54,578 nt of DNA, from positions 1-54,578 of the forward strand of contig CBDUSP010000002.1 in the NCBI GenBank assembly GCA_965370365.1, in the 5' to 3' direction. The position numbers and the translations under genes were made by a program. This DNA is from an uncultured bacterium. GTDB taxonomy: Bacteria; Chlamydiota; Chlamydiia; Chlamydiales; SM23-39. Shown piece by piece: positions 37,283 to 46,544 of the stretch. Under the pieces are notes generated by a model. The model had not been told where the DNA came from. It saw only the letters and a list, made by a program, of their open reading frames with translations, and made no database searches. The stretch's first letter is position 1, and each line of letters starts with the position of its first letter.

Positions 37283-38818
37283 ATGAATGATCTTTTACTT
37301 AACGTTGAATCCAAAGAGATACGACTCGTCCATTTGAGAGGCGGTCGGCTCCACGACCTCATCCTCGATCGCAGAAAATCGCGCCAATCTACCGGCAATA
37401 TCTACCGAGGCAAAATCACAAATATTCTCCACAACATCCAATCTGCTTTTGTCGATATCGAAGGAGAAAGTGGGTTTATTCACATCAGCGATATTCTAGA
37501 AAATGCCTCAAAACTCAAAGAAATGTTCGATATGGACTTCGATTTAGACGGCGACACTGCGAAAGAAGATGCTCAAGTCAAAGACATTACGCAAATTCTT
37601 AAGCCTCAGCAACCTGTACTTGTCCAGGTCGTGAAAGAGCCCATTGGAACAAAAGGGGCTAGACTCACATCCAATATCTCAATCGCAGGAAGATATTTGG
37701 TTCTCCTTCCAAATAATCCTCATCGGGGAGTCTCGAGAAAGATAGAAAACCCAAAAATGCGCGATCAGCTCAAAAAACTCATCCGTTCTTTTGAGATGCC
37801 AAAAGACATGGGACTGATCTGCCGTACCGTCAGCGCTCAGGCAACAACCGACATGCTCATTGAGGAAGCGACCGATCTTTTTAACGCATGGCAAGAGATT
37901 GTAGAAAAGTTCCACAAAGCAAAACGCCCGACTCTCCTTTTTGAAGAATCAGATCTCATAAAAAAAGCGGTCATTACTTGTATCGACAAAAAATACGACC
38001 GATTGCTTGTCGATGATTATGCCACATTCCAAAGATGTAAGAAAATATACGAGAAATACAAAGGGGAGCATGATTCCCTAAAGATCGAGTTTTACAGAGA
38101 CAAAATGCCCATGTTCGAACGGTTTAACGTCGAGAGAGAAATCGATAAAGCCATGCGCAACAAAATTTGGCTCAAATCAGGAGGATATCTCTTTCTCGAT
38201 CAGACAGAGGCGATGCACACGATCGATGTCAACTCAGGAAGAAGTTCAACGAACCCATCAGGCGGCGATGTAGAAGAAACACTTGTCCGCATTAACCTTG
38301 AAGCTGCCCAAGAAATCTCACGGCAACTGAGAATTCGTAACATTGGGGGTCTCATTATCTGCGATTTCATCGACATGCAATCGCGTAAAAACCAAAAAAG
38401 AGTCTTAGAACACTTAAGAGAGTGTATGAAAGAAGACTCTGCAAAGTGCACAATCCTAGGAATGAGCGAGTTTGGTCTTATCGAGATGACACGCCAAAGA
38501 AATAGAGAGTCGCTTGCTCAGACGCTACAGACAAGCTGTCCTTACTGCTCTGGACATGGCCTCGTTAAAAGTCATGAAAGTGTCGCTGTCGATATTGAAA
38601 GGGCTCTGAAACGACTTATTCTCTGCCAGAATCAGTTTGCGCTCAAACTTACGATCCACCCAGAGTTGAGCCATTACCTAGAGCAGGGAGATAAAGAGTA
38701 CTACTTAAAGCTCGCAGAAAAATCCAATGCCCTCCTTGAGTTTGCTCTCAATGACAATCTCCACCTAAACGACTTTATATTCTACTCAACTCTTAATGGA
38801 CAAAAGCTCGATGCTTGA
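37283..38818 (+). CDS. rng: Ribonuclease G/E family (CafA)
   Basis: The S1 domain has GNIYRGKITNILHNIQSAFVDI. Other motifs are GGYLFLDQTEAMHTIDVNSG and GGLIICDFIDM. Confidence 0.85.
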   Translation: MNDLLLNVESKEIRLVHLRGGRLHDLILDRRKSRQSTGNIYRGKITNILHNIQSAFVDIEGESGFIHISDILENASKLKEMFDMDFDLDGDTAKEDAQVKDITQILKPQQPVLVQVVKEPIGTKGARLTSNISIAGRYLVLLPNNPHRGVSRKIENPKMRDQLKKLIRSFEMPKDMGLICRTVSAQATTDMLIEEATDLFNAWQEIVEKFHKAKRPTLLFEESDLIKKAVITCIDKKYDRLLVDDYATFQRCKKIYEKYKGEHDSLKIEFYRDKMPMFERFNVEREIDKAMRNKIWLKSGGYLFLDQTEAMHTIDVNSGRSSTNPSGGDVEETLVRINLEAAQEISRQLRIRNIGGLIICDFIDMQSRKNQKRVLEHLRECMKEDSAKCTILGMSEFGLIEMTRQRNRESLAQTLQTSCPYCSGHGLVKSHESVAVDIERALKRLILCQNQFALKLTIHPELSHYLEQGDKEYYLKLAEKSNALLEFALNDNLHLNDFIFYSTLNGQKLDA

Positions 38819-39788
38819 AGCGGAGTTTACAAAGAAACTCGAAGAGATTCTCTCCAAAATCCCCCCAAATCATCGAGCCAACCTCCAGCAGTTCTTTAAG
38901 GCCTACAAGGGTGCTGTCGTTTCTTTTGCCGAGAGCTTTCCGACGCTCTGTCTATATCTGCAGATGCTAGAGGAAGAATTCAAATCTCCTTTCTCTTTTG
39001 AGCCCTACCACACAAAAGTCCGCAACCCTGTCGACTATTATCGCTTCGGACTCGACTTCGTCAAACCTCTCGTCAATCTTGAAAAATCAAAAATTCTCGG
39101 GACAGACAATCTCGAATTTATCGCAAAAAGTCTAAAAAACAAAGAAAACGTGATCCTCCTTGCAAACCATCAAACAGAGGGAGATCCTCAAGCAATTGCA
39201 ATTTTGCTTGAGAAGACACATCCCGAGATCGCAGAGTCGATGATTTATGTTGCAGGAGAGAGAGTTGTGACGGACCCCCTGGCAATTCCATTTAGCAAAG
39301 GATGCGATCTTCTTTGCATTTATTCGAAGCGCTACATCGATTATCCCCCAGAGCAAAAAGCGGACAAGCAATTGCACAATAAAAAAACAATGCAACTCAT
39401 GAGTCGTTTGCTAGAAGAAGGCGGGAAAATTATCTACGTCGCTCCAAGTGGCGGGAGGGATCGGAAAAATGCGCAAGGCAAGATCGAAGTGGCTCCCTTT
39501 GATCCCGATAGCATCGAGATGTTTTATCTCATGGCAAAAAAGGCAAAAACGCCAACACATTTTATTCCCTTTACTCTTGCAACATACGCTCTTATGCCTC
39601 CTCCTGAAACGATCCAAAAAGAAATCGGGGAGTTAAGAACAGCGAAAAGAACACCCATCCATATTGCCTTTTCTCCACCCTTTGATATGGAATCAAATCC
39701 TAACACCGACAAAAAGGAAAAGAGAAAACAAAGAGCCAAAGAGATTTGGAATATCGTTTGCAATACCTACAAAACTCTAGTAGACTAA
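38796..39788 (+). CDS. Glycerol-3-phosphate acyltransferase, plant-plastid (ATS1) type
   Basis: The H(x)4D block is LLANHQTEGDPQAI, with YVAPSGGRDR. Length and layout match the soluble plastidial GPAT family found in Chlamydiae. An alternative start lies at 38811. Confidence 0.8.
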   Translation: MDKSSMLEAEFTKKLEEILSKIPPNHRANLQQFFKAYKGAVVSFAESFPTLCLYLQMLEEEFKSPFSFEPYHTKVRNPVDYYRFGLDFVKPLVNLEKSKILGTDNLEFIAKSLKNKENVILLANHQTEGDPQAIAILLEKTHPEIAESMIYVAGERVVTDPLAIPFSKGCDLLCIYSKRYIDYPPEQKADKQLHNKKTMQLMSRLLEEGGKIIYVAPSGGRDRKNAQGKIEVAPFDPDSIEMFYLMAKKAKTPTHFIPFTLATYALMPPPETIQKEIGELRTAKRTPIHIAFSPPFDMESNPNTDKKEKRKQRAKEIWNIVCNTYKTLVD

Positions 39789-39793
39789 CCCAA

Positions 39794-42649
39794 ATGAAAG
39801 CGTTAGTATCGTCCCTCTTTTTGATCATATCATCCCTTGCCGCAGCCCCCTATACAGAAGTCGAAGACACGGCAAATTTGCAGATCCTTTCCCCAGATCT
39901 ACAAAACCGCGAAATGGCAAAAATTGCTCTGCCAAACGGACTCCAGATTCTCCTTATTTCAGATCCTGGGGCGGATCAGTCTGCGGCGTCTCTATCCGTT
40001 GAGACAGGATCTTGGTGCGATCCTTCTGAGAGCCCCGGTATGGCCCATTTTTGCGAGCACATGCTCTTTATGGGGACCGAGAAGTATCCCGACTCCAATG
40101 AGTTTTCTTCGCTTATTTCCGATTTTAATGGGCACACAAACGCATTTACAGCGTCAGATAAGACCGTGTATATGTTCTCGTCAAATGATGATGGATTCCT
40201 CCCCCTTTTAGATCGCTTTGCCCACTTTTTTATCGACCCTACTTTCGACCCTTCTAACCTATCGAGGGAAATGCACGCAGTCGATCAAGAGTTCGCCCTG
40301 ATGAGAGAAAATGATGCTTGGCGTGAGTATATGGTTTTTAAGGAGACGGGAAATCCAAACCATCCAAATCGCCTTTTTTCAGCGGGTAATTCCAAAACTC
40401 TATCAACGATTCCCCAGAGTTCTTTGAAGAAATGGTATCAGGAGCACTACGGCGCAAATCGGATGCGGCTTACCGTTTATTCCTCACTTCCCATGGATGA
40501 ATTAAAGCGAGTGGTCCCAGAGTCTTTTGCCCTTGTTCCAAAGTCTACCAAATCCCCTCAAAGTTTTTCTGAAAGAGTCTCCTCAAAAGAGCAAAAGGGG
40601 CGCATCACTTCTATAAAGCCCATCAAAAGCGTCCAAAGAATTAAGCTTACTTGGGAACTCCCTGCATTTCTTTCAAATGACGACTCAAAATCAGCGGAAC
40701 TTGTGGCATATACTCTCGAAAGAGGACATAACCATAGCCTGCTCCAAAAGTTAAAAAATGAGCAGCTCGTAGACGATATCGGGATCTATGTCCATTCTCA
40801 TGTAGGAAAAGAGCATCCTTTTTTTGAAGCAACACTTGCGCTTTCAAATAAGGGACTGGAAAATATCGAGCTTGTGATCTCCTATTTCTTTCAGGCCATC
40901 AAAGGCTTAAAAGAGTCGGGAGTCGAGGAAGCACTCTTTCGTGAAAAAAACACCCTGGCCCTCCAAGAATACCAGTATCAATCGAGAATGGATGCCTTCA
41001 CATATGTTTCCCAAATCGGAAGATCTATTCTCCATGAAAACCTTTCAAGTTTTCCAAGGAGATCTCTTTTTGGATCCCATTACGACCCTGAAAACATCCA
41101 AAAAACGCTCGCCTTTTTAACTCCTGGGGAGTGCATGATCACTCTCCTTTCTCCGCAAGGGATGGTCTATAATAAAAAGGAAAAGTGGCTAGAGGTTCCT
41201 TATACCACTCAAGATATCCCCCTAGAGTGGAGCTCTAAGTGGGAAGAAATCGCATCGCATCCAAATATCCGCCATCCAGAGCCGAATCCATTTGTTTGTG
41301 AAAACCTTGAGCTTGTTGGAGATCCGGAACTCGGGAGTGTCCCTGTGTGCATCGCAAGATCTGATGCGGGAACCGCATTCTATGCCAGATGCCCTGAATA
41401 CCAAACTCCAGAAGCTACCATCTATCTCCACATTTTATCTCCCCAGATAGCTCCAACTGCCAGAAGTCGCGTTTTAACCTCTCTTTATCTCGATCATCTA
41501 GACGATCTATTAAACGCGCCCTTGAGTGAGGCATCAAGTGCAGGACTTGAGTACAACTTTGGTATTGATAGGTCCCGGATCACCCTCATTTTAAGTGGAT
41601 TTAGTGAAAAGATCCCCTTGCTTCTTGGGAAGATTGTGGATCAAATGCCTCTAAACCCGCCAACGAAAGATCAGTTTGATCTTTATGTATCTAGACTTAC
41701 CCGAAGTTACGAAAATGGGGCAAAAAGCCTGCCTGTTGAGCAAGCAAAAGAGCTTCTCTCATCGCTTCTTACACAAGGGAAAACGACAAAACAAGACAAC
41801 CTTGTCGCCTTAAAGAAGATTTCCTATGAGGATTTTTGTACATTCCACAAAAAGCTCTTTGAAAAAACCTATTTTGAAGCGCTCTTTTCGGGGAATATGT
41901 CCCTTAAAACAGCAGAGAGCTGCTATCTAGACACTCTCCATGCAATGAGTAAATCTCCTTATCAAAAGTCAGATCATCCTCAAACAAAAGCGCTTCATTT
42001 GCCATCGGAGGAAGGACCGTTTTCGATTGCAAAAGAGACAAGGGCGCAAGGAAACGCCGCGATCTTACTCATTGATGAAGGAAACTATTCAAAAGAAAAA
42101 ACGGCAACCCAAACGATTTTAAGCGCAGCGCTTCAAGAGCCATTTTTTGATACGCTAAGAACAAAGCAAAAAACAGGTTATATTGCGCAAAGCGGAAGTG
42201 TGGACGTTGAAAAAAGACTCTATCAGTACTTTCTTGTGCAGTCGAACACACATCAAGGAGAGGATCTCTTGCACCGATTTGAGCTCTTCCTCGAAGAGTT
42301 TAGAGAGGATTTTGCAACTCTTGTCTCAGAAGATAAGTTTGAAACTTTGAAGCAAAGTGCAATCACAGCTCTTACGAAAGGGCCTCGCAATCTTTCGGAG
42401 CAAAGCAATCTTTGGAAGCTCCTCGCATTCCAAGAAAAAGAGGATTTTTCTCTCATCGAGAAAAAGATAAATGCGCTAACGACTCTTAAATACGAAGAAT
42501 TTTGCAGGCTTTCCCATACGTTCCTCTCTCGAGAAAACCGAAAAAGGCTCGCGATTCTGTACACGGGGCAGATTCCAGATCCTTTTGTCTACGCACCTCT
42601 AAAGACCGCAGATCTTTCAAAGGTCGCCTCTTACGCCCCAGGAGAGTAG
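39794..42649 (+). CDS. M16 family zinc metalloprotease (insulinase/pitrilysin-like), secreted
   Basis: The inverted zinc motif is HFCEHMLFMGTEKYP (HxxEH). Translation from the ATG at 39794 gives the signal peptide MKALVSSLFLIISSLAAAP. The protein is about 950 aa with four M16 half-domains. Confidence 0.85.
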   Translation: MKALVSSLFLIISSLAAAPYTEVEDTANLQILSPDLQNREMAKIALPNGLQILLISDPGADQSAASLSVETGSWCDPSESPGMAHFCEHMLFMGTEKYPDSNEFSSLISDFNGHTNAFTASDKTVYMFSSNDDGFLPLLDRFAHFFIDPTFDPSNLSREMHAVDQEFALMRENDAWREYMVFKETGNPNHPNRLFSAGNSKTLSTIPQSSLKKWYQEHYGANRMRLTVYSSLPMDELKRVVPESFALVPKSTKSPQSFSERVSSKEQKGRITSIKPIKSVQRIKLTWELPAFLSNDDSKSAELVAYTLERGHNHSLLQKLKNEQLVDDIGIYVHSHVGKEHPFFEATLALSNKGLENIELVISYFFQAIKGLKESGVEEALFREKNTLALQEYQYQSRMDAFTYVSQIGRSILHENLSSFPRRSLFGSHYDPENIQKTLAFLTPGECMITLLSPQGMVYNKKEKWLEVPYTTQDIPLEWSSKWEEIASHPNIRHPEPNPFVCENLELVGDPELGSVPVCIARSDAGTAFYARCPEYQTPEATIYLHILSPQIAPTARSRVLTSLYLDHLDDLLNAPLSEASSAGLEYNFGIDRSRITLILSGFSEKIPLLLGKIVDQMPLNPPTKDQFDLYVSRLTRSYENGAKSLPVEQAKELLSSLLTQGKTTKQDNLVALKKISYEDFCTFHKKLFEKTYFEALFSGNMSLKTAESCYLDTLHAMSKSPYQKSDHPQTKALHLPSEEGPFSIAKETRAQGNAAILLIDEGNYSKEKTATQTILSAALQEPFFDTLRTKQKTGYIAQSGSVDVEKRLYQYFLVQSNTHQGEDLLHRFELFLEEFREDFATLVSEDKFETLKQSAITALTKGPRNLSEQSNLWKLLAFQEKEDFSLIEKKINALTTLKYEEFCRLSHTFLSRENRKRLAILYTGQIPDPFVYAPLKTADLSKVASYAPGE
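42539..42627 (+). repeat. Direct repeat A (89 bp), the 3' end of the insulinase gene
   Basis: My hand alignment to 43257..43345 shows 5 mismatches in 89 nt, all of them transitions. Confidence 0.85.
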
Positions 42650-42652
42650 GTC

Positions 42653-43138
42653 CTAAAAAGACTTAGCCGATGGTTGAAGATTCGTTACTCCTTCAAGGAT
42701 CTCCCCCTGAATCGGAAACGCCTCTAAAAGATGTGCAAAGCCCTCTATCTCTCTAGAAATTACTTGTTGAATGCCAGAAACACTTACTAATCCGCGTAAA
42801 ATGTCTACTTTTTGCTCCAGCTCTCTTATTTGACCGGCTTGTATTTGGCAAAGGTCTTCAAAGAAGGCTGATGAAGAAGATAGTTCATCTGAAGAAGATA
42901 GTTCATCTGAAGAAGATAGTTCATCTACTTCAGGTTTAGGTTCTTGAAAAGCAGAACGGAGGGCCAAAGCAATGTTTAAGAGAGAAGCTGCTTGCTGCGT
43001 TCGATCGGCAACTTTAGAATCGCCTGTTCCTCTCGAAAGAAATGAAACCACCTCCAAAACGGAAGAAACCCTTCTAAGAGAACAATCAGAGAAGAATGAC
43101 ATTTTAAACCCCTTTTCCAGATAATTATAAACGAACAA
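42653..43138 (-). CDS. Hypothetical acidic protein with a DELSSS x3 repeat
   Basis: 161-aa ORF, or 149 aa from the ATG at 43102. It contains VDELSSSDELSSSDELSSSS and has no recognisable domain. Confidence 0.45.
   Translation of the reverse strand: MFVYNYLEKGFKMSFFSDCSLRRVSSVLEVVSFLSRGTGDSKVADRTQQAASLLNIALALRSAFQEPKPEVDELSSSDELSSSDELSSSSAFFEDLCQIQAGQIRELEQKVDILRGLVSVSGIQQVISREIEGFAHLLEAFPIQGEILEGVTNLQPSAKSF
42871..42924. repeat. Perfect 18-bp tandem repeat x3
   Basis: TGAAGAAGATAGTTCATC occurs three times in a row and encodes DELSSS on the minus strand. Confidence 0.9.
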
Positions 43139-43256
43139 ACATTAAAACAGAATGACATTTTTTATTTTACGTTTCCTGTAATTATTAATATTTTAAGCCC
43201 TTGAGATTCAATGAAATGAAAAAGCCCTCTAAAGTACCCACACACCGAGAGAGTCC

Positions 43257-43345
43257 CGAAAAAGGCTTGCGATTCTGTACGCGGGGCAGATTCCAGATCC
43301 CTTTGTCTACGCGCCTCTAAAGACCGCAGATCTTTCAAAAGTCGC
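43257..43345 (+). repeat. Direct repeat B (89 bp), an orphan copy of the insulinase 3' end
   Basis: It reads in frame as KRLAILYAGQIPDPFVYAPLKTADLSKVA and continues to a different tail, SYTTSHSNEEEP, then a stop. Confidence 0.85.
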
Positions 43346-43381
43346 TAGCTATACCACAAGTCACTCAAACGAAGAAGAGCC

Positions 43382-44830
43382 TTAAGGAACCACTGGATAA
43401 CTGCTTTGCACGCCTCTATGGGGCCAGTAACGATTAATTTTCCCCTGCGTAGCCTGCACTTGTTGCTGAAGAGTCGCCACTTGCTGCTGTAGTGTAGTCT
43501 GCATTTCCTCAAACACTTTCTCTTGGTCATTAGCACGTTGCTTCGCCTGCTCTGCAATGTCCTGTACATGCTTCTGAAGAGCCTGATTTTGTTGCTGAAA
43601 AGTCTCCTCTTTCTTCTGCAAATCCTGCTCACACTGTTTCTTTTTGTCCCTTATACTTTGAATTATCTCCTTCTGAGTTTTCATAGCCTGTTCGTGCAGA
43701 TCCTTCTGAATGTTCATGGCCTTTTCATGCAGATCCTTCTGAGCTTCCATCTCCTGGTTTTTCTGCTGCAACATCTCCATTTGCTTCTGCAACGTCTCCA
43801 CTTGCTGCTGAAATGTCGTTATCTGCGTCTGAAGGCACTCTTTCTCTTTTTGATGCTTCGTATTTTTATCCTTGGCACTTTGCATCATCTCTTGCTGAGT
43901 TTTCACGGCCTTATCACACTTCTCCGTCTGAGTTTTCACGGCCTGTGCATGCCGGTCCTTCTGAGTTTGCATGGCCTGTTCATGCAGATCATTCTGAGTT
44001 TTCATGGCCTTTTCATGCTGCTGCTTTTGGGTGGTGTCCTTCGCTACCAATTCATCGATACGTTTCTCACAAGCTGCAACAACCTGTGTTAACCGATCCT
44101 TTTCGTCGAGCCGTGAGTTTGCAAGTCTGTGGCTCGAATCCACATCTCCCAACAAAGTCACCAGTCCCTGAGCCGAAAACTGATAGAGATCGAACGTCCC
44201 CTTCTCCGCGTTCCCAGGGATCACTGTACAGACTCCGGACCCTATCCGGGCATCCAACTGTCTTTGTATGTCTACACTAACGGAAACGGGGGTCCCTGGC
44301 TGTTGGCTCCGATCCTGTGTTATGTCCCCTAACTCATCCCGTTTATGCTCTTTTTGCTGAGGTCGTCTGTGGTTCTCTTGAAGTTTATTCCGAGTCTCGG
44401 TTATCTCCGTTAACAGTCGTGTGTTACATGTACAAAGATCTGTAACACGTTTTTTCAATTCATTATATTCCATTTGTAATTGAGTGAATTGGGGCTCTAA
44501 GGTTCCCCCCTTTGCGTGCCATTTGTGTGCCATGTCCGCCATGCACTCCAGAGCCTGCGTTGTGAACATATACGCCGGATCATTCCCATTCGCGCATATA
44601 ACTTTACATGCTGCGGGATCTCCTGTTTGTGTTGTTATTTTATCCAAGAGACTCCGTACTTTACCTGCCTCAGTGACTGAGCGTAACAACTCTTTCATCA
44701 CAGCCACAGATCTTTCATCAGAGCTCTGATCGCATGACCCATTACCCTTCTTAGTGCTATTTGAGACTCTACCCACTGGTGATGCGGATGCAGAAGCCCC
44801 CGTTAGAGCTACTGTAGTGCTCATCGACAT
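43382..44830 (-). CDS. Gln/Lys-rich coiled-coil protein with 11-residue repeats
   Basis: 482 aa. The N-terminus is Ser/Ala-rich and looks disordered. One block of hendecad units is HEKAMKTQNDL/HEQAMQTQKDR/HAQAVKTQTEK/CDKAVKTQQEM, and a second is HEKAMNIQKDL/HEQAMKTQKEI. QQQVxTLQ motifs are also present. Confidence 0.55.
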   Translation of the reverse strand: MSMSTTVALTGASASASPVGRVSNSTKKGNGSCDQSSDERSVAVMKELLRSVTEAGKVRSLLDKITTQTGDPAACKVICANGNDPAYMFTTQALECMADMAHKWHAKGGTLEPQFTQLQMEYNELKKRVTDLCTCNTRLLTEITETRNKLQENHRRPQQKEHKRDELGDITQDRSQQPGTPVSVSVDIQRQLDARIGSGVCTVIPGNAEKGTFDLYQFSAQGLVTLLGDVDSSHRLANSRLDEKDRLTQVVAACEKRIDELVAKDTTQKQQHEKAMKTQNDLHEQAMQTQKDRHAQAVKTQTEKCDKAVKTQQEMMQSAKDKNTKHQKEKECLQTQITTFQQQVETLQKQMEMLQQKNQEMEAQKDLHEKAMNIQKDLHEQAMKTQKEIIQSIRDKKKQCEQDLQKKEETFQQQNQALQKHVQDIAEQAKQRANDQEKVFEEMQTTLQQQVATLQQQVQATQGKINRYWPHRGVQSSYPVVP

Positions 44831-44843
44831 TCATACCTCCTGT

Positions 44844-45563
44844 TTAACTAATTTTTATATTATGATAGAGGGCATCGACATCATCGAGATTCTCTAGCCA
44901 CTCAATTAAAGTAATATTGCGATCTGCATCCTCATCAGAAACGTCAACTAAAGTATTTGGAACCATAACGAGACTTGCTGCTTCGATTTTGATCCCCTCT
45001 TTTTTCAAAGTCTCTACCACACGGGAAAAAGCCTCGACCGTTGTCTCAATAACATAGCCTTCATCACCTGCAGAAAAGTCATCTGCGCCCGCATCTGTTG
45101 CTCTTAGAAAGAGGTCCTCCTCACTTCCAGCAGATTTTGGGATGACGATCTGTCCTTTGCGCTCAAAGTTATAGGCGACAGATCCTGGAGTTGCAATTGT
45201 GCCTCCACATTTATTTGTAGCAATGCGCATGTCCGAGGCAATCCGATTTTTATTATCTGTCATCACATCGACAATCAGTCCCACTCCCCCATAGCCATAA
45301 AACTCGTAGGTCATCTCTAAAAAATCTTTCTGATCGGGGGATGAGGCTTTTTTAATATTGCGCTCTACGTTGTCAGATGGAACATTTGCCTCTTTTGCTT
45401 TTTGAATGGCCAGTTTAAGCTTTGTATTTGCCTTTGGATCAGGGCCTCCCTGACGAACCGCGGAAATGATCTCTTTAATAATCCGGCTGAAAACTTTTCC
45501 CCGTTTTTTATCCGCCCTGTCTTTGCGATGTTTTATATTTGCCCACTTACTATGCCCTGCCAT
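44844..45563 (-). CDS. yebC: YebC/PmpR family protein
   Basis: The N-terminus is MAGHSKWANIKHRKDRADKKRGKVFSRIIKEI. Confidence 0.9.
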   Translation of the reverse strand: MAGHSKWANIKHRKDRADKKRGKVFSRIIKEIISAVRQGGPDPKANTKLKLAIQKAKEANVPSDNVERNIKKASSPDQKDFLEMTYEFYGYGGVGLIVDVMTDNKNRIASDMRIATNKCGGTIATPGSVAYNFERKGQIVIPKSAGSEEDLFLRATDAGADDFSAGDEGYVIETTVEAFSRVVETLKKEGIKIEAASLVMVPNTLVDVSDEDADRNITLIEWLENLDDVDALYHNIKIS

Positions 45564-46050
45564 TTAACCTCTTCTGCATTAAAATCTTAGAAAGATACGC
45601 CTTATCTTCCTTCACAAAGTGTTTTTGCCGTCCATATTCTGTAAAACCAAATCTTTCATAGAGTCTGATTGCGGGGTTCCCCTCATAGACTTCAAGGTGA
45701 AGAATTTCTATCGAACACTTATTCTTTGCAAGATCGATCAAGCCCTCAAGGAGCTTCGTTCCAATACCCTTGCCTCTATGCCCCTCACCTACAATGACGG
45801 CAAATAAGCACTGGTGGGCCAGCTTTTTAAATGGCTGAATGTATAGATTGGCAACGCCACAAGGTACGCCATCACACAAAGCTGTTAAGACCGCTTCTTG
45901 CTTGGTATAACTCATCCAAATGCGCGCAGCATCCTCGATCTCTCTTGCATCAGCAAGCGGAAACCATTTTAGAATCTCTTTTTGAGAGAGCCACTGAATT
46001 AAGTACTTTAGGTCTTCATCTTGAGCCATTCGAATGGAAATTTCACTCAT
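45550..46050 (-). CDS. GNAT family N-acetyltransferase
   Basis: The acetyl-CoA loop is VIVGEGHRGKGIGTKLLEGLIDLAK, with the C-terminal LYERFGFTEYG. Confidence 0.7.
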   Translation of the reverse strand: MSEISIRMAQDEDLKYLIQWLSQKEILKWFPLADAREIEDAARIWMSYTKQEAVLTALCDGVPCGVANLYIQPFKKLAHQCLFAVIVGEGHRGKGIGTKLLEGLIDLAKNKCSIEILHLEVYEGNPAIRLYERFGFTEYGRQKHFVKEDKAYLSKILMQKRLNGRA

Positions 46051-46544
46051 GTAAAAAAATGCTCCATCAAAAGTCTGGGCCTATATTCCGCCTCATCTAG
46101 TTTTACAAAGTCGTCTTGCCTTGCAAACACTCCAAAGTTTAAACGATCGAGAATTGTCTCTAATTCGCACGGAAGAAACAACTCAGCATGAAGACTCTCT
46201 AACTTAAATCGGTTTTTTGCAAGGTGAATCAAATTGCGAACCATGGATGTTCCAATTCCTTTACGCCGAAACTTTGGATCTACGATGAGATAAAAAGATG
46301 CGTGGTGAGCGACTTTTTTATAAGGCATTAAAAACAAAGTTCCTACAGCGCACGGCTCATCCTCCATCAGTCCTGTAAGACTTGCTTTATACTTAGAAAA
46401 GCCAATCCAGTTTTTTAGCGCGTCCTCTTTTTCTTCAAAAGTAAAAGGAAACGCATCACAGGCTTCTGGCTTTGAAACCCAAGAGGAGAGATAAGCAAGA
46501 TCATCGATTTGGGAAAAGCGAATATCAAAGCCTGGGATACTCAT
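46047..46544 (-). CDS. GNAT family N-acetyltransferase (tandem paralogue)
   Basis: The sequence has LIVDPKFRRKGIGTSMVRNLIHLAK. Its overall layout matches the neighbouring gene (WLSQKEILKWFP versus WVSKPEACDAFP), and the two overlap by 4 nt. Confidence 0.7.
   Translation of the reverse strand: MSIPGFDIRFSQIDDLAYLSSWVSKPEACDAFPFTFEEKEDALKNWIGFSKYKASLTGLMEDEPCAVGTLFLMPYKKVAHHASFYLIVDPKFRRKGIGTSMVRNLIHLAKNRFKLESLHAELFLPCELETILDRLNFGVFARQDDFVKLDEAEYRPRLLMEHFFT

Noticed and set aside
43523-44280. Plus-strand ORFs of 189 aa and 155 aa inside the coiled-coil gene.
   Set aside because: They are Leu/Phe/Ser-rich antisense translations of Gln/Lys/Glu-rich repeats. The minus-strand ORF is three times longer and has coherent hendecad periodicity.
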